A stretch of DNA of 60,859 bases, the filler included, from Basidiobolus ranarum (lineage: Eukaryota): the NCBI GenBank assembly GCA_040143965.1. It is 11 parts of 11 records of this genome, joined end to end, with 100 filler letters (N's around TTAATTAATTAA, not from the genome) between each part and the next. Parts side by side here need not be neighbours in the genome. Positions count along the whole stretch, not along the records: positions 22,209 to 27,654 come from JASJQH010008472.1; positions 27,755 to 33,196 come from JASJQH010008473.1; positions 33,297 to 38,734 come from JASJQH010008474.1; 8 more parts are not named here. One strand, given 5' to 3'. The position numbers and the translations under genes are program-made. Below the pieces are notes generated by a model that ran no database searches, was not told the DNA's origin, and saw nothing but the letters and a program-made list of their open reading frames with translations. Shown here one piece after another: positions 22,731 to 34,093 of this stretch. The number at the start of each line of letters is the position of its first letter. Position 1 is the stretch's first letter.

Positions 22731-24822
22731 TCATACATGTGTATTGAAATGAGTAGTATACTCTAAATCATACATCAAGCTACACAGAGTAGCCGCCACC
22801 TCGTCATACTTGCAAGCATTAGCAGCTTCTATGGCATTGCGAAGCAACGTACCTTTATAACCATCCCAGTACTGTTCCCAATAGGTCAGACACTCCTGAG
22901 GGTTGTTTGAAAGAGGTACGACACCACCTAGAGAGAGTATGAAAAGCTTGACAAATGAGCACAGATCGTCTGAAGGAAAACATGGAAAATAATTATATCC
23001 GTTTGCAAGAAGGGCTAGGATTCTATCAGATGCTGTCTTTATTGTCCCTTGATATACTGCGTTAACCTCACTCTCGACCGCAAACCCCCAGTCGTTTATC
23101 ACAACCGAGTTTTTGAAAATAAGGATATTGGCTTGACGCAAATCACGATGGACAATATTTTTAGAATGAGCATACTTCAAGATTTTGACAATTTTTTCGC
23201 AGTCCCGGGCCTTCAATTTCTTAATAGGCTGACCACAAGGAGTCATCAGAATTGAAGGAGGGTTTCCCTGAGCGATAAACTTTGGTATGCCAGACCCATA
23301 ATCAGCGAGATCTAGGAGTTTCTGTTTTTCGTTTTCCATTAGATAGCTAAAGTTATCGAAATAAGCCTTGATTACACCGTCCTTTTCAATGTGCTTCCAC
23401 GATGGGTCCGTTAGTTTTACTTGGTACACCGTGGATGTCGCTCCTTCTCCTAAGGCCTTCACGTAGCTATAAGAGATGTTCGGAAATATAATGCGTGGTA
23501 TATCATTGAAAATCTTCTCATTTGGTGTAGTCATGAGGTACCATAGAAGAGGCAGCCCATCGTCAATAAACTTTCCGTTATGAATGAAAGCTTGCGTTCT
23601 GGTTACTTCCAATATTTTTACGATACGAAGGTCCGTCAGCAAACAAAAGGTACATGTTCGAAAAGGTTGAAGCCCAAGAAGAATACGACAATAGTCCATT
23701 GCTTGCTCTACATCGTTTGTTTTAGGTGATATCTTAACCTTGAGCTCCATAAGTCCCACAAGACCAATCTGATAAGGAATATCTTCCTCGGCAATCTTAA
23801 AATCTGGCGCCCTGGCGCTACTCAGCTCCCTGCGACCAGCCATTCGAGCTAGTAAATCTGTGAAGTCTGACTTCTCCGGTTTTGTCGATTCTATATTGTG
23901 GAAAAAGTGCTTCACTAAATATTTCTGAGAGTAAAAGATCATTATTAGGCTTACCATCTTTCAGAAAAAAATTCTTATGTGTATCAACGCAAGGATTGAG
24001 GATCCGAGGGTCCTTGAACTTCTTAAGTTGTTTACTGGCATAGCCTTGAAGCTTAACTTCTTTATCTATTTTGGGTACATTCTCAAAAAGTTTAGATAAC
24101 TCAGATGGTACCGGAGTAGAAGCCTGAGGTAGAGTTCTTCTATCTCCAGATTCCTGAGGTATGATATTTCTCATCCTATCCATCACTGTAAGAGAGGTGT
24201 AACTTGAGTAACAAATAATATTGATGACAATATTCATGATGAAAGTTTTACTTTGATGAACTACATGCAGTGCAGCAATTGTACTCGCAGAATCACTTTT
24301 ACTTCGTGAAGCTGATTCAATTCTCGCACGTGCGGTTCTTTCTACTTCAATTATTCGTTTCGTTTTTTCTTCCTCTATCTTTCGTTTCGTTTTCTCTTCC
24401 TCTATCTTTCGTTTCGTTTCTTCTTTCTTTCGTATCTCTTCTCGTTTGGTTTCCTCTTCTTCTTTCTTTCGTATCTCTTCTCGTTTGGTTTCCTCTTCTT
24501 CTTTCTTTCGTATCTCTTCTCGTTTGGTTTCTTCTTCCTCTTTCTTATTTGCTAAATGTTCTAACTTATCGTAAAGTATTTTTACTCGCTCCATTAAGTT
24601 TTTCTATATATAGATCCACGTAGTAATAAATAAACAAAAGGTTTGAACACAGCTTTGATGAATTTTACGAACTTGATTTTCGGCGTCGGTAGACTCTTTG
24701 ATTTGATCAGAGACATTTCGTAGTTCTTGAGAAAATAACGCAATGAGCTAACAAAAAGCAATATTAGATATAGTTTGCAACAGATTAAAGAAAATCTCTG
24801 GCCTGACTGCTTCTGTATTCAT
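22731..24822 (-). CDS. Crinkler/RHS-type effector-like protein: helical/coiled-coil head + PD-(D/E)xK REase-like domain + protein kinase (~610 aa)
   Basis: Proposed exons 24822-24808, 24747-24673, 24603-24252, 24185-23955, 23890-22731 (GT-AG, frame-consistent; the first two are less certain, alternative start 24594). REase-like APDF...GLMELK...EQAMDY...LLTD. Kinase LGEGATSTVY, VIK, HRDLRQANIL, INDWG, YQGT. Confidence 0.8.
24368..24538 (-). repeat. in-frame tandem repeats (3 x 39 bp, 2 x 27 bp) encoding a charged coiled coil
   Basis: 39-bp unit at 24422, 24461, 24500 (EEETKREEIRKKE); 27-bp unit at 24368, 24395 (EKTKRKIEE-like). Confidence 0.9.
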
Positions 24823-24849
24823 GACGAGTAATTTGAAAAGAAGGAATAT

Positions 24850-25371
24850 TTAAAGTGAAAGATACATGCGTCTATATACTGAAGCGATACTTTCTGGGAG
24901 AGATACGATACATCCATCAGGGAAGACTCTTGTGAATTCCTGAGCCATCTCTTGATCTGCGTCTTCATCGCCATCACAGACAGCAATCACTTTCTTTAAC
25001 CCTGAGTAACTGGATCGTTTAAGACTTTGGAGAGCGGCAGACCATGCAGTAATCTCTTCTCGATAACCAACTACCACTGCAATGACCTCTTTTGTGTTTT
25101 CGGTACTTAGGGGGGTTTTTGCAACTCGGTTCATTCGAATACGATTAAAAGTCGCAAAACAAACTTGAACAACAAAAAAGGATATGATAACTATACCATA
25201 GATGCCCAAGGCGAACCAGGATGTGCTGGCGATATTTACTTTCAAAATTAGACCGACGATTACTGCAGCGATGAAGCAAGGACCCAATAGGATCTTTAAA
25301 AATGCGTAACAATAGAACCAGAACCCCGTGGGATGTGGTGGTGGAAATGGCTTTGCCTCCTCGAGTGACAT
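24850..25371 (-). pseudogene. truncated class-I hyaluronan-synthase-like GT2 glycosyltransferase (N-terminal 173 aa only)
   Basis: Two N-terminal TM segments, then VVVGYREE...ALQSLKRSSY...KVIAVCDGDEDADQEMA, resembling the HAS GY(R/Q)ED and V(I)DG motifs. The ORF stops before any DxD or QxxRW motif. Confidence 0.7.
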
Positions 25372-27754
25372 AAGGCTTAAAAATGAGAATGCACAAAGTA
25401 ACTATTCGACCTTAATATATATATATTTCCGGACTGAAGACATCCTCGAATCTGGCGTATATATTACTTTCACACAATATCTATGTTCTAGCTTAATTGC
25501 GATCTATACTAATCTAGTGATCACTATATCAAAGCGAATATACAGAAAATGCACATCCTACCGGTCTCGTAAATTCTTTCCGAATTCGACTTCTCAAATG
25601 CGCTATATTGGTTGGTGTGAGTGTCTTCAACCATGATGCTATGACGGATTAACTGATAGACTTTGGTAGTACATATTTGCTATGTATAGATTTACTAGTT
25701 GTGCACCCACTGATGGCATTTTAATCACATTCATTGTACACAGAGGAGAGTTACTCACTCCTTCATTCACCCTACAAGTTATTCATCCAGTAATACCACT
25801 ATATCTATCCTTTTCTGTTGATAAAGTATCCTGGAACCACGATAATACCATCTCGAGAATAGCTCCAGCGAGTTAAATATTCCATTCTTCCGGTGCTGAC
25901 ATATGAGTATTATCCACATTAGTCGGATATAGGAGTCTCTGTTATCCATCAAAAGATAACTTGCAATGATTTGCTAGATATGCTTGATAGCTAAGAGAAT
26001 TATGGCGTGCTACGATTATTTCGATGATCGTACTTGGAGTCTAGATTAAGAACCCGAACCCTTTGTACAGGATTGAGGAAGGTTAGTCGGAGAAGCTGGT
26101 ATTCGAGTCACCATAATATTAATCATTCGCGAATCGGAGATAGGTACAATAATGGATTCATTGAGTTAGAGTCTCTTCCATACTCAACTCTAACTTGTTA
26201 ACTTGCAATGAACTCAAAAGTGAGCGCGAGCGGTGAACGTGGGCGTTGAACACAGATTCATGGCTATTTTCAATGTGGCGCATAGTATTTGCTATTGACG
26301 TCTTCCGTCTAGATCACTAATATTAACCTAGTCTTAACCTAGCCGTATTGAATGCAAGCTAAATAGTACATCAAATCTGATTAGTGAGTGACATAGTGAC
26401 GCTACTACTGTGAGTAGAGGATTCTAAGACCATTTAAAGATACAAATAAGGTATGATTGATACCAGTCATCTTACTTCTTCACTATCATCGAAACTAAAG
26501 CTGTCTATCACGTATGTTTGTGCATTATTGGGATCTCGTGTAGTGACTTTCCATTCATAAAGAAACATTTTGTTCAGCCACTAATACTATTTTCTGTCTG
26601 GGTTGCCTTGCCAACCTTCCTAATAACACGGCTATTGACTGTGATTGACAGCAAATAGAATCCTGTTTCGGGGGCTATAAATAGATGGCTATTTCTATAA
26701 TTGTTACATATTTGCTTACAAATCTGCTTGCAGAAAATCGTTTGGCGTAACACCGTTATAGCTAATGAATCAAAGTGCTATCAAGTGGCTGATTCACTCT
26801 CATTGGTAGCCACGATAAGGTTATCAAGTTGGAGATCAAAAACTGTTGAGATTATATGTGAACAAGTATATTCCAACTCTCGTATCGGCATCGATGAGTA
26901 AAGTTTAAAGTGTTCAACCTTCTATGTAGGAAGATAACTGACTTTTGCATAATCGCGAGAAGGAGCATCTCATATATGGTAAAGCACTTTGCCAACAACT
27001 TGTGATTCGTTACCTACCATATTCATCCTTGCTCTTTAGTATTTTTACTCATTGCACACAACATATTCCTTTTTGATTCACTCTACCAGTTATATTATCG
27101 CAATATCCACGTCTTAAACGATAGGTTTCTTTAACCATGTATTGCGCTATTGTTGGCATTTTATTGTCCATATGAATAAATAACTATGCTGTAATTGTAT
27201 TTTTTACATTGCTCTTATATACATATATATGCATTGTGAAGCTTTAGAGATTGTAACTATAGCCTATTCAAGGAACACAAAGCACTGAGGAGTGAATTTA
27301 TTTCTTGAGATGCCACAATGACAACATGAGGATGTGGCTCAAGTCGAGGCAGCAAAATTGCCCATACTTTTCATAGTATTATAGTATCTACTAAGCCCTG
27401 GCGAATGTGCATTTTTATTCGCTTAGACAAGAACTCTTATGGAATATTACTCAATGGAAGCAAATTGCAGTAAGAGACAGATACAAGTAGAGTAAGAAAT
27501 TATGACATACCCTCACCATTCAAGGAAACTTCTCACTGTCATCTCACTTCGCACACAGTGTGATGGTCATATTGTTATCGATTTTTGTACTTCACGTATT
27601 GGAGTATATTAATTGTAGCTGTGGTATGCCCTAGTCCCGGTTTCACTCGAAAATNNNNNNNNNNNNNNNNNNNNNNNNNNNNNNNNNNNNNNNNNNNNTT
27701 AATTAATTAANNNNNNNNNNNNNNNNNNNNNNNNNNNNNNNNNNNNNNNNNNNN

Positions 27755-27951
27755 AATAATAGGGCTAATGTGGGTTAATACTGATAAATCTGAAGTAATG
27801 GGGGATAATACTAATAGTGTGATATGATTGGCTAGAAAATATGGGTAAGTCAAATAAGGATAATAAAATAGAAATTGTGCAATAGTAATGATATGAGCTT
27901 GGAGTGGAAATAAGTCAACCTGCCAGTGGGTAGCATTGCTACCCCACTACA
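27755..27951 (-). mobile_element. 5' end of LTR-C inserted into a CACTA terminal region
   Basis: Minus strand begins TGTAGTGGGGTAGC at 27951 and continues into sequence homologous to 11110 onward; CACTA sequence resumes at 27952. Confidence 0.7.
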
Positions 27952-28397
27952 ATGGTGGCACAATATTGCAGGGTATCTGCCAGATAGATGGAAGAGTGTT
28001 GATTAAGCAATGTTTATACAATGGTGGGCTTTGATAAAGATATTGAAACAAACTTGTGTTAAATATGAGCTATACTTGGGGTATGAAGAGCTCTATAAAA
28101 CTATTCAGGAGAATAAACCCAAGAAACTAGGGATCTCAAAGATGATAAATAAGCATTCCAGTGGTAAAAGTGTAAAATTTGAGTTACATTATTTGCACAA
28201 ATATTGATCCATAGTTCTCTCAGATCGTAGCCAATCATGGGCAGCTATGTTGTAAGATCTTGAAACTTCACTCCTGAAACTGAAACATTGATTAAAATCA
28301 AATCTAACTTGACAATTTTGTGGTGATAAGTAGATAGTCAATCCAAAATGGATTAAAATTGTGATGCTTTACCTATAATAACCAAACTCAAATTCTG
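27952..28397 (+). mobile_element. CMC/CACTA subterminal fragment (last few bp of terminus missing)
   Basis: Homologous to ~31725-32170 and ~56135-56580 (GTGGCACAATATTGC..., TCACTCCTGAAACTGAA, GGATTAAAATTGTGATG). Confidence 0.75.
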
Positions 28398-28712
28398 TGA
28401 TGGCAATATACACAATAATACTAGGTTTAAAGAAATATTTGCCCATCAGAATCCCATTGGATAACCATTCAAACTCCACAATCAAAGGCTCCAAGAAGCT
28501 ATCTATAAGCACTTGTGATTTAGGTCCAGATATGATGACTAGTTTGAAATATTATGGCCCTTGTACCATTGAGAAGGAGAAAGATTTAAGTTAATTGTAA
28601 TTATTGGCCAGCAAGCCTTTCCAATGATATATTTGTTTAGCGAGAAAACATGTAAAGCCAATGCAAATGCATGATCATATGTATTTTCAAAGAAACATTA
28701 GCTTTTCAGATT

Positions 28713-28990
28713 CTAGTAGTGATATCCATCAAGCATATTGGTAATACCACCAGCTTGATGGTGGATACTCTGGTAATGGAGCAATGATTTATATTTGGGT
28801 AATTTCATCAAAACTTTAAGACAGGGGGTAAGTGGTACATAAACCAAATATGAAGGATACTTACCTGATTCAGTGACTGCCAATTGTGCAGAAACAGTAC
28901 ATGACTTCAGATATTTCAGATCACCAGTGAAAGCTAAACAACCATTTGGAAATGAAGGAAGTTTAATTATTGAAGGATCGTAAGTCATAC
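28713..28990 (-). mobile_element. CMC/CACTA transposase N-terminal Cys-rich fragment
   Basis: Translation PNGCLAFTG...SCTVS...YVPLTPCLKVL...LHYQ...ITNMLDGYHY matches the CxNxCxAFTG / YxPLxPRL / DxxDGxxY pattern that precedes the Tnp2 core. Confidence 0.65.
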
Positions 28991-29668
28991 AACCAAGAAC
29001 TGGTTTCCACTTGTGCCAGGTTTGTGGCAAGCAACAGTTGCCAATCAACTGTGGCAGAAGTATAAGAAAACTAATAAACACCTGGTTGCCATGATTGGAT
29101 GGAACTCCCCACTCCTCAATGTCAAAGCTGCTTCCTTTACTGTAAGTGTTATGAGTAGACTGTCACTTGCTAAAAACAAAGAGTCTGTAACAAAACTATG
29201 TCTTCTTCTTCTTTTTCTGACACACTACCATCAGTACTGGAATAACAAAGGTAAACATCTAGCAGCATGTTCTCAGAGTTGTCTGGACTTACTGATTTGA
29301 CAAAGTTGCATTTCTACCTACAAGATTCTGCTCATTTGACTGTAGTAACTCCATGGTACCTTACTTTTAGCAATGTTACCAAAACTTCAAGGCAAAGCAC
29401 AGCCAGTAGACTCAGTGAGCAAAACTAAAGTCAATTTTGTGCACTTATTACTGCAGATATTTTGCCTGGTTTGGTGCAGCTGGTGGCTTTGTTCAGTGCT
29501 CATACTTTTGATTGTTTTTTCTATGGAGCCTGTGGCCATCATAGCACAAGAATTTTTGAAGGTAATAGCAGGGCTTCTTTAAACATTTGTGTGGCAATCT
29601 AAAAGAGCTATTGCAGAAAAAGGAACACCTCCTATGCCAGGGTGGTACTTTAGGTGTATCCCATCAAT

Positions 29669-30014
29669 TGCTAAAGTATTTGGGGGTATGTTAGAAATGG
29701 TTTGGAGAATGAAAGAAATTGGTAGTTGTTGTTGATTTTTTGAGTAGAAAGTAGACATTTATATTTTTGTCAAGATATAAGCCAGCTAACATGATAAATA
29801 TGTTAAGGAAGGTCCAGGTATATGTGTGCAAAGTTTAGAGCTTCTAGCACAAGTATGAAAAAAAATCCATATATCACAGAATCTCTAAGTTGGTAAAAAT
29901 ATTCTAAGTAAATTTGGATTGAGAATAACGGATAAGATCTTAGTGAATTATAATATAAATAAGTATTAAGCTATATATGACTATAAGGGTGTTTATGTGA
30001 TGTTAATTGCAACA
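29669..30014 (-). mobile_element. solo Copia LTR-A with 5-bp TSD TCAAT
   Basis: TGCTAAAGTATTTGGGG...TTAATTGCAACA (346 bp), homologous to 6233..6561; TCAAT on both flanks. Confidence 0.85.
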
Positions 30015-30199
30015 TCAATGTCATCAGCTGATTCTGAGATAGTGTCACAAATGAGTCCTCAATGGATTTACAAGATATATCTGGTAGTTGATGGCAATTG
30101 TGGTTTATTACAAGCTCTTTCTAAGCAATTTCATTACACAAAGTTAGGTATCTGAAAACTTCAAAGTAATTCAAGAAATATTTAAAATCTAAATCAAAA

Positions 30200-32177
30200 T
30201 TGGTTTCCAAGCAAAAGCCTGAAGGCACAAAAGGAAAAAAACCAACAAGAACAAAGGACTTAATTGAGGAGCAGTCTAGCAGTCCACCATCCAGTTTAGA
30301 AGTTATTAACACGACTGAAACTAACTTAAGTAACAATGAACCATTAATCAATTTACCAGATATGTTCCTTTCCAGCAACAATGCAAATGAAGAGATTGTA
30401 ATCCCTAATTGTGTAGCAAATCAATACTTTAGCAAAGTTCAACAGAAATATCATCAAGACCATCAACTTCCAGAGTTCCTACTTTGCCAACTATTGAACA
30501 ATCCCCTCTAGAAAATTTAGATAGATTTAATACAACAGAGGTATGTCAGGCAGAATGCTGTAATGATTTGTATGCAATCATAGGTAAAACTACCGAATTG
30601 CTTTACAGGCCATGACAAGCAACAAGACCATAATATTACAATTAATGCAGCATTTTGAAGCAACTAGTCAACAGTTTGAGAGTCACTCAACATTAACACA
30701 ACACCTTCAGAATGCTGTACTTGAGCTAAAGCAACATGCTGCTCCCTGTGTCCATACTCACAAGGGATTTCAATCAGTCCCACACCATGCATATGAACAT
30801 CACAATGACAATCTGTCAGGGCAGAATATGTGTTTGACCACTAAATCTACACAACAACCCAAAATTTCTTGAGCACATGAAATTAGATATCTTAGAGGAA
30901 AACCAGCAAACCAAAAGACTCAGAATGTCAGAGCTGCTATCACTTGCTCAGATGATGAGTGGTTTAACATTTACAAAACTGTACAGAATTTTGCCCAAAT
31001 TCATCTTAATTTGAGTCAACTGTGGAAAAACCAAAACCAGGTTTTTCTCCAAAGTTTCTTGACTTTTTTCAAGTGGCATATCCTGGGTTTTTGCAAGCAA
31101 ATGACAATTGGGCCAGTATAGGTCTATTCATGAAACATTTCAAAAATATATATTATTATTGACTTGGAAAAGAAAGAAAAGCAGCCAAAGAAGTACTTAT
31201 GAAGCAGGAAGCTAGTAAACCTGGGGGAAAAGCAAAGAAGCCAGTGAGTTTAGGCTCTACTGTCCCACTAATCAAATTCTTCACACCATTACCAATATTT
31301 GAATTTCCAGATTCAGATATACCAGCTGATATACTGGGACAAAGGCTTAATTTTATCATGGAACCAGTTACACCAGTTGGAAGAGGGCTTAACTTGGAAG
31401 TTTATACAGCCCCTGGCACCTTTCAACAAGCCAAAACACCAGCAAGTAAAACTTGTGGCTCTCCAACCTCAACTGGTACTTTGCCAGGTGTTCAAATTAG
31501 TGCCAAAGTTAAAGGCAAGCAATTAGTGGCACTAACACTACAAAGCGCCCTCAGTAGTTCACAATACAAACATATTTTAGAATAGTAAAAGTGCATGAGA
31601 AGTATTCTCAAAAGTATGAAGGGAAAAAGCAGTCCAAGTATGCAGAAAGTGGCCTCAGAAGAAGAACATTCTTCTTGAAATTCAGTTTGGGGTTACCATG
31701 CAGATATCTGCAAAGAACTTGATATAGAGTGGCGCAATATTGCCGGGTATCTGCAAGATAGCTGGAAGAATGTTGATTCAGCAACACTAATATGATGGTA
31801 GGCTTTGATGGAGATATTGATACAAACTCATGTTGGATGTGAGCAAAGCTTTGAGTATGAAGCACTCTATAAAAATATTCAGTAGTATATATCTGAGAAA
31901 CCAGGGACTTCAAGATTGACAAATTAGCATTGAGGTGGTAAATTTGTAAGGTTTGGGTTATGTTTTCTTGTATGTGTTGATCCATTGTTTTCTGAGATTG
32001 TAGCCAATCATGTGCAACCATTTTTCAAGTGCTTGAAACTTCACTCCTGAAACTGAAGAATTAATTAAAAACAAATCTAATTTGACAATTTCATGGTGTC
32101 AAGTAAATGATCAATCCAACACAGATTGAAATTGCATCAGTTTTTATATGATAACCATTCTTAAACTTCTGTTAGGG
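30200..32177 (+). mobile_element. CMC/CACTA element right half: decayed ORF2 + terminus ending GTTAGGG
   Basis: Broken ORF2 segments at 30200-30511, 30612-30872 and ~30930-31585, then conserved subterminal sequence ending TTCTGTTAGGG at 32177. Start coordinate approximate. Confidence 0.75.
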
Positions 32178-32655
32178 CCTACTGTAGCACTTTCAACATC
32201 CATAGCAGAATACATGGCTGCCTGTGAAGCAACAAAAGAAGCAATAAGGTTAGGAAAACTCTGAACAGATATAGGTTACTGTCAAAATTCATCAACTGCA
32301 ATATATCAAGATAATCAGAGTTTTATCAAATTAGTTAAAAATCCTACACTTTGTAAGAGAAGCAAACATATAGATATTAGGCATCACTTTGTTATAAAGA
32401 GTATGGAGAATAAGTGTATTGACTTAACTTATAGCTCTATGGAAGGCCTGATTGGTGATGTATGAGCCAAACCATGAGCTAAGCCAAAATTTCAGAAAAT
32501 CAGACCTTCCTTGGGATTAGTTTATATGATTGTTTAGTTGAGGGAACATGTTGGAATTGACATTGCCTAAATATCTATGTAATTATATATAGCTTAGTAC
32601 CTATTTATCTCATTATTTGCTAAGATATTATCCATTATTTTCAAATGGAATTTGA
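32178..32655 (+). mobile_element. Copia RNase H remnant + PPT + partial LTR-A
   Basis: VALST..AEYMAACEATKEA, DNQS, KHIDIRHHF with stops; PPT AGTTGAGGGAACA then TGTTGG at 32549. Confidence 0.8.
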
Positions 32656-33156
32656 TAAAAGTGATTAGGGGATTTGAAAGTGTTTTGGACAAGATTTGGA
32701 TTTGTGAACTAGACACTTAATTTTATTGAGTTGAATATGTCCTATCTATAGTTGACTATAAAATGGGACTATTGGACATGCTTGGATCATAACCATTTCC
32801 GATGATTTGGAGAAGTTTTGAGAAGATAGTGAAATTGGTAAAAGTGATCTAATTGATATTTCTATCAACTAGGGCAATAAACACTCATTTTTTGAATGAC
32901 AAAATTGAGTGCTAAGTAATCAGAATATGAATAAATTAAATATTAAATAATGAGTTGCTATTCACCTAGTTTCTGTTGAAAGTCTGGTGACTTGTGATAC
33001 AAGCAGTAATTCCCAAAGAGGAAAATATGGAGTATGGTGACTGCTTCTGAACACAAAGTCTAAGGCCAATCAGTTGCTTGTATAGCTGAAATGCCAAAGT
33101 AACATACATTGACAGACTAGGGTAAGGTTCCCTAGCAATATAGGCATAGCATACAA

Positions 33157-33196
33157 GGACTGGTAGCTCAGTGGTTAGAGCACCTTGCTAGAGTGA
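33157..33196 (+). other. tRNA-like 5' half (tRNA gene or tRNA-derived SINE head) cut by contig end
   Basis: GGACTGG-TAGCTCAGTGGTTAGAGCA is a textbook A-box/D-arm; the anticodon arm is incomplete. Confidence 0.5.
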
Positions 33197-33460
33197 NNNN
33201 NNNNNNNNNNNNNNNNNNNNNNNNNNNNNNNNNNNNNNNNTTAATTAATTAANNNNNNNNNNNNNNNNNNNNNNNNNNNNNNNNNNNNNNNNNNNNTACA
33301 AAGACCGCTCATCCCTTGACGCGCACTACAAACGTGAGCCTCTTTTTAAAAACATATTTACTTTTGGCGTGCGTATAACTGATACCACGTCATTATTTTT
33401 CCCCTATATTCCACTTCACTTTCTTCGCCTCAAAGATCCAATTTTGCTGGCATAGACAAC

Positions 33461-34093
33461 ATGTCGATTAATTCTAGAAGAAAATATAAATGCAGCTACC
33501 CTGGATGTTTTCGTAGTTTTACTACAAGGTATGATGCAGCTCCTCTCCTTCCATAATAATAACAAATCTAACAAAGTGTCGTTATCAGTGGTCATTTAGC
33601 TCGTCACAATCGCATACACACAGGAGAAAAAAACTTTCCTTGCTTGATGGCAGGGTGTCCATCAAGGTTTTCAAGACAGGATAACATGATGCAGCACTAC
33701 CGCACACACATGTCCTCCAAGTCACGCCGAGGACACCGACGGTCGAGCGTGTGCTCAGAAACCGGTAGGGATAATCATAGTCCAGGGACTCAGGGAGATG
33801 TCAGTTACTTCTTCCTTGAGCATGTTCCTCCTAGCATTCACCGATCATTTCCATCGACGCCCACTGATGATAGGTTTCATCTCCCAAAACTTCCATCGAT
33901 TCAAGAAAGAAGAATGAGTGTTGATACAGCGGCACTTTTTCAATACAGACACGGTGGCCTTCCAGAGCGATACCTGCCCCCTACCGAAATGTCATTTTGT
34001 TTCGACTCCACAAATAACCTACTACCTAGATCCACTCAAAATCTTGATCGGGCCAAGCCAATGGGAGGGATGGGTACAGTGCATAATTCGTAA
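33461..34093 (+). CDS. nrg1: Nrg1-like two-finger C2H2 transcription factor (~190 aa)
   Basis: Exons 33461-33528 and 33589-34093. Fingers [53 protein letters not shown] match the Nrg1/Nrg2 signature. Confidence 0.85.

Noticed and set aside
24422-24538. 39-bp repeats as a CRISPR-like array
   Set aside because: No spacers; the repeats are in-frame coding units in a eukaryotic gene.
24270-24623. Hydrophobic repetitive ORF on the + strand
   Set aside because: Antisense shadow of the E/K/R coiled-coil repeats.
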